NCBI GenBank assembly: GCA_000182565.2
Contig: KQ257452.1
Strand: one strand, 5' to 3'
Length of the DNA: 64,000 nt
From: Spizellomyces punctatus DAOM BR117
Lineage: Eukaryota
The notes below the pieces were generated by a model. That model did not search any database. It saw nothing but the letters and a program-made list of their open reading frames with translations, and was not told the origin of the DNA. The translations under genes and the position numbers were made by a program. How positions within the stretch are numbered: position 1 is the first letter of the stretch; each line of letters begins with the position of its first letter. Positions 13,224 to 24,470 of the stretch are shown here, one piece after another.

Positions 13224-14519
13224 TTAGGTAAAAAGTAAGGCAAATACACTGAAAATTCCCCCCAGAAAGCTTAGCGTTGTATCTACATTTATATTACTAC
13301 CTGTTGCACGAGCCGAATTCCTCGTGCATGAAGCCAGACCTATAGACCCTGTTCTCTCCGTATCATCTATACAGGTAGGATTGAACAGACTTTGTCCAGA
13401 ATAAAATCCACAATTGTTGTCAATGAGGGTCGTATTTGATGATTGCATCTCGGCAAACGTTTGCCGTGCGGTTTTGCCTCCAACAAGCACCTTATACCAC
13501 GGCACTGGGTGGGAAGTACAGGCAGGGAAAAACAGCGAATGGCTTGAACGGAACTGGGTAGTTGCGGCTTCATTGCACATTGTACGCGCAAAACTCGATA
13601 CATAGTTTTTCATGTTTGGTCTTGTTGACATCTGTGACAAGTCCACATTGTTGTCGCTGAGTTGAAAGTTGTCAAATAGATCCTGCATGATGAACAGAGG
13701 CGTTGATATATGCGGAATCAGAGCAGACGCATGGACGCAATTGAAAATAGATCCATTGACGCTGACGGCGCATTCTTGATCCACAAACATATTCCACAGC
13801 GATACGGCATCTGCCTCCGACTCTGGCCTGGAAGCAAGCAGCCCGTTAGGATCGTACCGACCGAGCACAGCAAAATGTTCGACCCGCATAAACCAGCCCG
13901 CATTTACTATAGCTCGGAACTTTGCGTTGGGAAACTTGGCAGCAAAGAAGTCGACATTTAACATCGTCCCGACAGCCCCAGCGCTGATGCCTGCCATAAC
14001 GACCTCGGCCGCATTACCGAATCCATGCTTGTCCACCAAGTCCTCAAAGATTGCATTCAAGATATTGTGCCCGGCCGCATAGTAACCAAGCTTGTTGCGC
14101 CCTTGCATCGTTCCTGACCAGAGATCTTGACTGCAGTACGGGATGGCAACGCGGTTCCAGTCCGCAAGATCGTTATTGGCAGGATCAGAGGACAACATCC
14201 CCAGGACCACTTCATCATTGAAGGCGGTGGTATCCGAGTAAGTTGCAGAAGACCCAAGAGGGGTACGGGATCGAACGTCGCATTGCACTTGAGTGAAGCA
14301 AAAAGAGCCGCCTTGCAGAAATATCACCCATTTATTTCGAGATTGGTCTGATGTAGCGCCGTCTACATAGTAAGCTGGCACGGTACCGTCCATACACAAC
14401 GCTGATCTAGACGTTGCTATAGACGCAGGCAGAGAGTTCTTGTTGGCGCACCCACTCTGAGCATAGGCGCCGCTTTGCAGAATAAGCCAACTCGCTACAT
14501 AGACTAGTAAGTAGCGCAT
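13224..14519 (-). CDS. Secreted pectin acetylesterase/Notum-family esterase, intronless, possibly GPI-anchored
   Basis: 431-aa ORF with signal-peptide-like N-terminus, 'CMDGTVPAYY', 'WVIFLQGGSFC', 'WNRVAIPYCSQDLWSG', nucleophile motif 'GISAGAVG', 'LFDNFQL' and hydrophobic C-tail. Confidence 0.9.
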   Translation of the reverse strand: MRYLLVYVASWLILQSGAYAQSGCANKNSLPASIATSRSALCMDGTVPAYYVDGATSDQSRNKWVIFLQGGSFCFTQVQCDVRSRTPLGSSATYSDTTAFNDEVVLGMLSSDPANNDLADWNRVAIPYCSQDLWSGTMQGRNKLGYYAAGHNILNAIFEDLVDKHGFGNAAEVVMAGISAGAVGTMLNVDFFAAKFPNAKFRAIVNAGWFMRVEHFAVLGRYDPNGLLASRPESEADAVSLWNMFVDQECAVSVNGSIFNCVHASALIPHISTPLFIMQDLFDNFQLSDNNVDLSQMSTRPNMKNYVSSFARTMCNEAATTQFRSSHSLFFPACTSHPVPWYKVLVGGKTARQTFAEMQSSNTTLIDNNCGFYSGQSLFNPTCIDDTERTGSIGLASCTRNSARATGSNINVDTTLSFLGGIFSVFALLFT

Positions 14520-15049
14520 TGTGTCCGTTTCGTTCGGAAGGATAGTTTGGTGTTCATGGAGTCGGGGAAGGGCAAGTAGTAGGTAAATAGGTAGCTCCGC
14601 TATACAACTTACGGTCTATATTCCTGCAACGTTGTTACAGATTTCGGACTTTCAATTTCACACCTGATAGCCATCATGTGACCATGACTAAGTGTGACTG
14701 TGGCGGTGGCCGTGGCTCCGGAGAAGCTCCGATCGACATCTATTCATTTTAAACCACTTAATTATCATACCTACTTTTGAAACTTACTATTCTAATGAAA
14801 TATCTACATGACTCAAAATTATGAATCCAAATACGAGAACTATGCTACTATCGCCCCCGAATTGTTATTTGCGACTGAAAACTGGTATACGACACACAGC
14901 CAAACGAGCAGAATGCCTGCTGGGACAGTGAACACATAGTGCCCGATCAAGTTCCACATCGGCGTTGGACGATGACCAGTGAGCTCCAAGCTTCTGTTGC
15001 AATTATAAGAAGAATCATGGTGATTAGTCGGAGCTGGACAGAATTGATT

Positions 15050-16340
15050 TCAGAAGCCATTGCGACTGTACCCATAGATCATAAAAGACACGAACGCGGC
15101 AGAGAAACACAGCTTATCAAAAATGATCAAGCGACCAAGAAATCGTATCTTCCTGGGGTATGTTTTCAGCAGCGTAAGTCTATCTCCATTGAGCGCCCTA
15201 AATGAATGCTGGGTGCCTGCAGTCGTCGGGGAAATAGAGTCGGAAGAAAATGCAGATTTGGGAGGTTCGCTCGGGCGCCGTGGACTCCCAATCGATGTTG
15301 TAAGAGTGCTTCGTAAATATCTTTTACTTATTCTCTCTGCATTTCCAATATCGCTGACTGTTTGCTCAACCTTATAAAGATACATTGAGTGGATTGTTGC
15401 AAAGAGCGTGGTATTCGCAAAGATCAGTAGATACTCACCGTAGTGGCAAGGTTTTCGGCAAATTTCCGAACGATGACTGCAAATGATAGAAACCAGGGTA
15501 TCAAGAAACAAATATGCACAAGTGTCACGATGTTGTAGGGTCTTTGGTTCTGATTGTCATGTAGAACGATTCTAACGATGAAGATTGGAATCAAAATGAT
15601 GTGCTATGCAATGCAAGGAGTTAACCATCATGCAGGAGTTACTCTGTAACCGACAAAACGTACCAGTGCAACCCTGCTTTTATATATTCCGTCTTTTAAA
15701 TTCTGGAGGAATCTGTTGAGGATTTGCTGCTCTTCGGTGCCTTCGAATAGCATGCGAACTTCCATCAGATTCAGTGATATTCTTGCCCAAAGCATGATCA
15801 CGAAGCTTTCCAGCGTAACTCCGAATATATCTGTATAAGACTGAAATGAGTATCTGAGTGCAACAACGGTGGTGGCTTCGTAAAGAGGAGCTTACATGCG
15901 CTATACCACCCAATGCTATTTAGCCATGCAATCCCAGCAATATCAGAGACACTGAGAATGAAGCTGGCTCCTGCTGTCAAAATTCCTACTGTTGGATAGT
16001 GCAAGATCGATCAGCACCTAAACTCTCCGTATATGCGAATACAATAACTTACATGAATATACTTGAACAGCATTGGACCACCCAATTCCATTTCGATAGA
16101 ATTCATGGACAATAATGCCAGCAACCGTTACTATGGTGAGACTGCATAATATGCTGTTGGCGAGTGCGAGACCGAACAGAAATTTGCTCTTGACGCAAGT
16201 ACTGGATTGCATAAACTGCACCAAAAGAATCATGTTAGGTTTAACACTATTCTTCACGACAAAACCTGACCTACCGAAAATATGAGCGAGTAGCCATTGA
16301 GGTCGCCGTCAAAGACACCGCAAGCTACGTCTGTGCTCAT
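15050..16340 (-). CDS. Multi-pass membrane protein (possibly GPCR-like), multi-exon
   Basis: MSTDVACGVFDGDLNGYSLIFS, intron, then several hydrophobic exons (FLFGLALANSILCSLTIVTVAGIIV; GILTAGASFILSVSDIAGIAWL; LIFANTTLFATIHSMYLY) and a long basic/Ser-rich loop before 'LIIFDKLCFSAAFVSFMIYG'. Exon ends approximate. Confidence 0.5.
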
Positions 16341-16649
16341 CGCATTTGTGGTTTTTTTTTGGTGTTCTCTAGTTTAGCTGGCGATTCATATAATGTTCCC
16401 TGGTGGCCAAAAGAGAATGCCACTGGTATTTGGGGTATGACCCTGGACAATCACAGGGAGATATTTTTGGCACTGGACCGGGAATGCTCCGATATCCCTG
16501 AAGATTCATACCTAGCTGTGTTTTTGTTTACGGATCAGCCGGCGCCCTCCGTTCCTCAACAATACGAATGATATGATTTATATTTCTTACCACACAACAA
16601 AGCAAAAAGAATATTGTCAGCGAACTTCAACTCCCAATGCATTGAGCTT

Positions 16650-17165
16650 GCGAGTTATATGCCTGAGATATGGTTCATCGTTCGGATAGTCAGTTAGATA
16701 TTTTGGATCTCTGGACAGTTTTGATCTCGAGCGTTTTCATAATTGTAGGTCATAGAAGAGTTACCGAGATCATGATGTGCTCATGGAACTGAGATAGTCG
16801 AAGACTGTGCGCTGATTCATATTTACAAAAAATACACTTGCAACAAAGATACATTTTCCTGGCCCCTCACACCTGTCCGCGCTATACTGGAGGGCTAACT
16901 ATCATCTCACCAGAGATTTTCGAGGTGAGTACGAACCCAAAGTGCTTTTCCAAGTTCAAAATCATTCCTTCCTCTTGGACCCCTCTGTAGAGCCGGCCGC
17001 GCGTTTCAACTGTTCCCAGTATTCATACTGTGTCTTCGTCAATTCTTAATAGCCAAAAACTTCTTTGATACGACGAGCCATATCTTCTCCGAAATATTCG
17101 CGGAAGGTGATTTCTGACAAGCGTTCATCGTTCTCGGGTAGCGGTTTTAAAGGGCTTTCCATTGG
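16650..17165 (-). pseudogene. Degraded coding-like relic
   Basis: Protein-like stretches (MESPLKPLPENDERLSEITFREYFGEDMARRIKEVFGY*ELTKTQYEYWEQLK; SRDPKYLTDYPNDEPYLRHITRKLNALG) broken by stops and frame changes. Confidence 0.3.
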
Positions 17166-17800
17166 TTTCTGAGAAGAGATAGCAGAGTTTTAGCAATTCC
17201 GAGAGTTGTTCATTTTTTAGCACATAACACTTACTGCGGTGGGGTTGAACGTCTCACCATCATCATAGTTTTGTTTTTGAAGTTCTAATAGTAATGGATT
17301 ATGAGAATAATAATGACGACTGCTAAGCATCAGCTTTACCTCCACGTTCGTTCTGTTCTGCCGGCATGTTTTCTTGTCTTCAACAGCGTATGCAAAATGT
17401 GATGGCAACGATGAGATTTCAGATTTTTGTGGTTGATCAAAGTGTAAGAAGAGGAGAAAGCTTACGGAGATATATAGGACACCGGAATGAGGCATGTTAA
17501 GTTAAGAACCCGTAAAAAGCTTGATGTTTGTCTGGTGACGACTTATGTTAAAAAGCCCGGTAAGCCCCGCGCCCTCTGAATCCTGTGTAGTAGCTTCCAC
17601 GCTGCACCAGAAGTGTCGGCCTCCATGTAGACTTATTTTCTTTAGTGCAGTAGTTTTTCAAAAACGCTGTTGATTGCATCGTATGTATTGATATTTACAA
17701 CATAAATTGTTATGAAACAGAAAATTTCCAGTTACTCAGGTTATTGAATTACTGAACGTCGAAATGGACATGCAGAAATTAACCACTGCCATATGCCGTA

Positions 17801-17905
17801 GAGCTTCCATGCCGCAAGCCTTTCAGCAGCGAGTGCATGGGATCTTGCATGGAAGCTCGTAAGCCCCATGACGTGTGTGATAACGCTGATTGCAGCGGGT
17901 TACCG
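17801..17905 (-). repeat. Inverted copy of the degenerate repeat unit at 19255-19600
   Basis: Reverse complement CGGTAAC..CTGCAA.CAGCGT..CACA..CGTCATGGGGCTTA.GAGCT.CCATGCAAGA...GAAAGGCTT aligns with 19343-19440. Confidence 0.85.
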
Positions 17906-18639
17906 ATAGTAGCAAGCATGTAGAAAGTGCCAAGCAATTCCTGGAGCTGTTTATTTGTTGCACAAGGCCAACTCATTAGCATCTGATCTTCAAGAAGTAT
18001 TCATAATAGCTGGGATAGTCGAAGACATATACATGTAATACTGACTTCCTTGAAAGAAAGGAACCATCTCCCTGCAGATGCAAGGGGATTCGTAAGTCCT
18101 ATTTCCGATGTACCAGTAAATGTGTCGATACGAGTGCTGTTTAAAACTATTTACCGGCTAGCATGGAAATGCAGACGATATTCATTGATGGCCAGTTTTC
18201 AGAGCACCTGAGGGTGAGTGGTGACCTGGAAATGTGCACCTGGTGCTGGTTTCAAAAACCCAATGGGGATATATACAGTATTGAATGTGCCGCACTCAGC
18301 TATAGAGTTGCATTAAGGAAAACGTACAAACAAGGTGACTAGACGTCGCTGATAGTGCGAGCTCATGAAAGGACACGCATGTCGAATGAAAGAAACAGCC
18401 TCGTGTTGCGGACAGCGCACGTTTTCCAACATTATTTGCAATTACACAGGAGTGTTGATATAATATACACTTTCAATTCTATGCTACCTACGAATATTGC
18501 AAACAATTGTGTTGACGCAATGTGATTCTGCCCAGTGCTCCGAATTTGAAAGTGAAGAAATTCCACCAACCGCGAGTAAACAGCGGGAATCAGTTCCAAT
18601 TGTCGTTCTTTCGCCTTCTGCGAAAGCTATCACCTTCCC

Positions 18640-18950
18640 CTCTTCCTCAACGTTCTTGTACATGATCACAGTTAATCCCGCACGACCTGCTCGGCCCACC
18701 CGGCCCACCTTATGTGCCTAATTCCTACTAAAGCAAGAGCCACTGAAAGCGATCACCTCAACCGTCCACATCAAGAAGAAGCGGTATACACGCGGAAGAC
18801 ATCAAGCGTTATGGGTTAGGAAAGTTCCGCGAAGGCGTGAAGTCTCCCCTCATAGTCACGGATGCTTACACCGATGGGGTCGACATACCAGACAGGTACG
18901 GTCATTCTGTGCAAGATGCCCACTAAAGAAAGAGTGCGAACGCTATCAAC
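18640..18950. pseudogene. SF2 helicase C-terminal relic (DEAD/RecQ-like), rearranged
   Basis: + strand ~18787-18950: IHAEDIKRYGLGKFREG..LIVTDAY..GVDIPD (motif IV/V-like, frameshifted). - strand ~18640-18720: HKVGRVGRAGRAG (motif VI-like). Confidence 0.55.
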
Positions 18951-19254
18951 CCCAATGGTTGATCCGTATTCGTTTGCTTACAAGGTCCCACAGGTGCAAG
19001 TTTTGAATATCTGAAAGGCAGTAACGTTACAATGAAGTCCTGGACACATAACGACGAATAGTACCTACATTTCTCCGGAGGTTGGAAGGCGGCTGCTTCC
19101 CATTGCTCGCCGGCACGTTGCAATGTCATATTTAGATATGTCCAACTTCACATTTTGTTGCAGCTGAAATCACTCGATAGTGGATGGGGACAAGGAGAGA
19201 AAGTGTCCTTTAAATAAACACTGTGGTGAATAACCGCGTCATTGCAGTTACGAT

Positions 19255-19600
19255 CCTCCATCCAAGACCTCTGATGCATGTGAAAGGCACGAAAGGCTTG
19301 GCACCATGGAAGCCCAGCCCTGCAGTGTGGAGGTCACTCCATGCGGTAACTCTGCAAGCAGCGTACCAACACAACGTCATGGGGCTTAGAGCTCCCATGC
19401 AAGACCTCTGTGCACTGACGGCTGGAAAGGCTTAGCAGCACTGCACTGCAAAATGGATCTCACTTCTGCATATCCATTTAATTAACCTACTGTCAATCAG
19501 CGTACCGACACACGGCGTAGGGCTTAGCGCTCCCATGCAGGACCTCAGATGCATGTGAAAGGCTTGCAGCATGGAAGCCCAGCAGTGTGGAGGTCCCCAT
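19255..19600 (+). repeat. Degenerate direct repeat array (about three partial units of ~90-110 nt)
   Basis: Recurrent blocks CCATGCA(A/G)GACCTC, GATGCATGTGAAAGGC, CATGGAAGCCCAGC, GCAGTGTGGAGGTC, CAGCGTACC.ACAC, GGGCTTAG.GCTCCCATGC. Confidence 0.85.
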
Positions 19601-20143
19601 CTGCCCAGCACACGTCACAGTACTTTGACTGATTAAGTTAAGACATAAAGGTCATTTGGGCGAGATGTGACTACAGTCAAAATCAGAGCAATGTGGGGAA
19701 ATGCCACGATGGCATGATGTCCCATATGGCTGACGACAACCGAGCATGGCTGGCTTGACGTGGGTACCTGCGTGTACTTGTACAATAATGACATGGGCGA
19801 TGTGGCAGACAATGAGCGAAGTCGAGCAAAAACATCAACAAGAGAACGTCATTTGGTCCACTGTGCTCGTTGAATTTTGATAATCCTCCCATTATATAAT
19901 TGTCATATTACAGAGCAGTTGTTATTCCCTTCTGAGCCTCTTTGATGGCAAAAGTCAAACAAACCACCGTGCTCAAAGGCTTATTGGCAGTCGACTATTT
20001 GTATCGGTCTACTCGCAAGCGAACGCTTATCTAATCATTCAAACCAGTCACTGGAATATGAGAATAAGGTTCAAATGCATTACCCTAAATCAATGAAGCC
20101 ATATGCGGAATAATTGGCTTGATGTGTAAGCTCAGTGGCACAG

Positions 20144-20150
20144 TATAAAA
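20144..20150 (+). promoter_or_regulatory. TATA box of the 20268 gene
   Basis: TATAAAA followed by a pyrimidine-rich initiator-like tract ~120 nt upstream of the ATG. Confidence 0.6.
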
Positions 20151-20267
20151 GGTGTCTCCCTCTCGCCCTCTCCACACACTTCGAACAATCTAAAACCATT
20201 TCAAATTTCAAATCTTCTCTGTTCACAACACCTATTTTTGAGATAGGTCACCCCGGCTGCATGTAGC

Positions 20268-21979
20268 ATGACTCTGGATGAGAGCACCGCGTCGTCATCT
20301 ACATCAATTCCTGTACCAAGCGGCTCTCTGAAAAGGAAAACACAGCTAGAAGAGCCAGTTAGTCCTAATGCGCAAAGGAAGCGCCTCCGTTACGATACCC
20401 AAACTCCTCAAGAGACCGAGCTAGAGGATGTTGATTGCCATCGCCACGCTGTGCAGGATATTGATCCGAACGCTGTACTTCTCGACGGCTTTGGAAATGT
20501 CATCATGAAAATAGAGGAAATATGACAACATCAGTAAGTGCAGGTTGGGGTTAGGTATTCCGCTAACAACACTCATAACGATTAATCTTTTAGATCTTTG
20601 TACTGGGGGGTTGTAGATATGAGGCCTTTAGACCCGGATGGACCGTTACGTGATAATCCGAGAGCTGATCTCTTATTGTCTTCTGAGACGCGGACAAGCC
20701 TAGAGGATCACGCCATGCAAATCTTAACAGAGGCTACGCAGCGAATGTCTTCATCAACAGCAGCACTATTTAGCGTCCTAAGGAGCGTGAATAGGAGTTG
20801 CGATCCAGCCAGTGGTATCTATCCCATAGAAATTAAAGATATTTGCAATTCACTGCGTAAGGGAGGTATACCTAATCTCATCGGGACTATCATGGAACGA
20901 TTGCAAGTATTCGAAGACAATGCCGTAGATGACTGTGATGAATTGCTGGAGCAAGTGGCAACTCTACGCAAATACCTTGAGCATGTCGACCCCGATGATG
21001 ATGAGACCAGTTGGGCACTTGACAACTTAAAAACAATGGGGCGAGTCAACGAAGGAGCAACCGAGCCATACCATATGCTCCCCTTTGCGATGATGGATGA
21101 CGTTTCCCTTATCTGTGGAGATGAGGAGTCCAAAGCCGATAGCGATGACAAAACACGAAAGGCTTCCACGTCAACTGGAAAGCCTGTTGATTTCCTGCAC
21201 ATTGTATGTTCTGTGCGCAATGATGCAATGATGTATTCCATATTGATAAGAACCTCTGATCTAGATTAATGGAAAAGAATACGGTCAAGGGATGAGTACG
21301 CGCCGTGGGTTCTTGGATCGCGATTTCTTAGCTAGCATAAAGGTATGGATATGCACCCCCATTCATTCCTGCTTGGCTGACAAGTGATTCTGAACAGGTT
21401 TCGACAGCCCAAATCAAAGCTCACAAGGATTACCTTTCAAACATCTTCCCTCCTGCTATGAGTTCAGTCCTAAACGAATTGTTGATGGACGTTGCGGTAC
21501 CTTTTTATCAAGTGTATCTGGGAACCATACGATTTTACCTTGTATTCAATGTGGGATCTGAACTGTATATTCTGCACGAGTGGGGACGCGTTTCCCTCCC
21601 CAACGGTAACGTCTCTACCTGCTTAAACATGGCAGAAATATTTCTGATTTCAAGGGTATGCATGCGTGATACACAGTTACCGTTTTAGCATGTCTTTTGA
21701 TTTTGTTATTCCCAATCTCAGCACATCATGCTCCGGTCAGCGGACGCAGTTAACAAGGCTGAAGAAAGATTGCGAAACGAACGAAACAATGTGTCCGGTC
21801 TTGAGGGGATTGAATTTTCGTTAAGAAAATATGTTTCATGGACCACGCCCACAGAAGTCGGTAGAAGCCCAATACCTCTTGAGGGGATACAGCTGACTTT
21901 AAAAGAACGTAGCTCAGCGACGAAGCCCGCAAAGACGGTACAAGCTCAATACCTCATGTGGGGATACGGTTCTCTTTAA
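20268..21979 (+). CDS. Uncharacterised multi-exon protein with a degenerate PD-(D/E)xK (restriction-endonuclease-like) signature
   Basis: Exons join in frame: '..ICGDEESKADSDDKTRK..GKPVDFLHI|INGKEYGQG..ASIK|VSTAQ..VPFYQVYLGTIRFYLV..LYILHEWGRVSLP..|HIMLRS..WTTP'. Layout resembles REase-fold domains of Crinkler-like/lineage-expanded fungal proteins (inference). Confidence 0.65.
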
Positions 21980-22276
21980 AAAGGCGTCTTTCATGGCCCA
22001 ACGGATTTGCGGGATGAAGCCGCGTTAAATGGGGTGTGGGTTTTATGAATTTGTTGCTTGATAGCGAAAAGAGGATGCTTGTATATTGTGGTCATTTTGT
22101 ATATTGTGGTTAGTACAAACAGAACGTTTCGGTGCAGTTTATATTCTGAGATGCCTTATCACCCTGGTTACCTATTCTGCAAGTACAAGTGGCTGGGATG
22201 AGCTAAACAGCCTACCAGCACTGTAGAGTACAAGTAGTAGGTATGGTAGTGCATAGGTAGACATCGCAAGGGGAAG

Positions 22277-24470
22277 CAATAAAGTCATATGCGGATCATT
22301 AGCCCATTGCTTACTTAAGACTGCACAAAGTGGCACAGTTGTGTAATAGCGCGGATATAAAGGCCCTTCCATTTTCCCACACACTTTGAACAATCAAAAT
22401 CATCAATCTTCTCTGTTCGCGACATCTACCTCCATACGTGTGACGCTCGTACCTAGATGTCAAGCCCGATGCTGCATCTGTACCTCGCGAAAAGGATTCG
22501 CGCCAGTGGTCTGCAGATGACTTTTACGCGTTGCATGGGATTAATCTTCCGCATCCCTTGATTGTGTGGACTGCGTCTCTGAGGAAACTGGCTTCCAGGA
22601 ATTGTCCAGAGGGACTGCGCGCAACAGAACTCAACGACCAATCAAAAGTAAGTCACCGTTGTATTATATTTGTACTGCAACAATGAGCAGTGTGGTAGGG
22701 AGCTGGTATTACGTTCCATTCCTTTGTTGAACCATCTGCCCGACCCCTGGGGTTGCAGTTCGTTTACTGGCGTGGAGCACACTGGATTGAAAATAATTCC
22801 CATTCAGTTCCTGTCAGTTCGTTCACTGGCTGGAACGCAATGGATGAAAAAGATTGCGACGTCGTTCAGTTCATGTCGCCCTCTCGGGTCATGCTTCTCA
22901 ACGAACTCGAATTCGTCGCAATCACCAGGCCACCCTCTACCATGATGTGCCCCACTGTCGATGAATGCGCATCGTCTGAGTATTTCCATGCTCACTTTGC
23001 ATAAGTCTTAAAGTCACGTGTCTGGGGCACGCTCAGAGTTGCAGCAGCGAACGAACCATTCACAGATTAGGACTTTGGTGCGCATCGTAAGAAATACCGC
23101 ACGCGACGGGAAGCCTACAAGTACAACGATAAGTCTGGATCCAGAAGTTGAGAGTATCGTGGCATCCTTGTATCCCAGGGAATGCTTTTAATTTTCACAG
23201 GTAGGTTTGAGGATTGGGAGGGAGCGAGCGATATGCCAAATTTAAGTACCCCGTGAAAGGTGCCAGAGGGATTTACACAGGCTGTGATGGACCTATGAGA
23301 CTCTCGTGTGAAGAGGTGGGAAGAGGTGAAAAATGGTTACCACCTCTTGACAGCAACGTTGGGCGGTTTGTATTTCTAATGCGAAAGCCTTTGACGAAAG
23401 TACTGTAAACAATGTATGATAATAAATTGAAAAATTCCTGCTGTTCATCACTGTTGTGCAGCCCTTTCCACTGTCGCCATTTTGGCATATTTATCAATGC
23501 CTCGCTCAATCTTCTTAATGGGACTATTCTACTGCCCATCCTAAATCGTACACATCTTCCATCCATGTGCAAATGTAGAACAACAACCAACCAACTATGG
23601 ACAATTGAACCGCTCTCAAAGATCTGCGTTCAAGCCTATTACAGTTATGAATAGCCATCTAATGTTGCATACTATGCATTCGTTACATTTCATTTTGAAC
23701 CGTGTCATGTAGTGCACAAGTACTCAATAACAGTGAATGATTAATTGATAATAGGAGAGGTTTGCAAGTTGGGTTGCATGGACGTCTGGAGCGATCAACG
23801 CCACTGATTTGTACCGATCTCCAATCGCTTCCGTACTTTACTTATCTAGCTGAACATATAACCATAATCCCATTCACAGGTGTGCTTCCAAATGAGATGT
23901 CCACTGAGATCCTTGAGACATGTAGCTGTATTGATTCTGAACTGGGGCTGATGCATTGTGATGCTCCAGATCTTGAGATATTTACCTGGCACTGGGATCC
24001 CACTAGGTTATTGAACTACGCTGTGTGCTCCAACGGTGTTGAGCGACCTATAACCCTCGCGCTGCTAAACAAATGGAATTATCCTACCACTTCCCTGAGT
24101 AACTGCTCAAGACAGGGTCGTTAATGTTTTCCTTTGTGTGTTCAGTCTGCGTTCCAGAATCCCTAAAAGAAGCCGACGTCCAAGGGTTGAGGACTGTGGC
24201 AAATATCAAAGCCGCATTGGAGACCACAAATGTTTGAACCCAAAACACAGATGTCGAGATTGGAGTGGATGCGTTGTGCATGTGGGAGGTATGCAGGAGG
24301 TCCCTCAATGAGGGGGGAACACAGCCGAAAACCTCGAATGGATGGCGGACATAAGGTCAAAGGGACCCTGTGTGCAATTGTAGAGTTAAACGCACCGTGC
24401 AACCTGGAAATCCGGTCTCTTCTATTTACCACTGCAAACCCTCAGCCTACCAGCCTGGTTTTAGAATAAA
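22277..24470 (+). pseudogene. Probable decayed gene behind a duplicated promoter
   Basis: 22277-22430 is a diverged copy of the 20090-20235 promoter/5'UTR. Downstream are only short protein-like fragments with intron-like GT..AG segments and no continuous frame. Confidence 0.45.

Noticed and set aside
19265-19335. Hammerhead-like string CTGATG..GAAA..CGAAAGGCTT..AAGCC in the repeat unit
   Set aside because: Core is CTGATGC rather than CTGANGA, there is no UH cleavage triplet after stem III, and the other units lack it.
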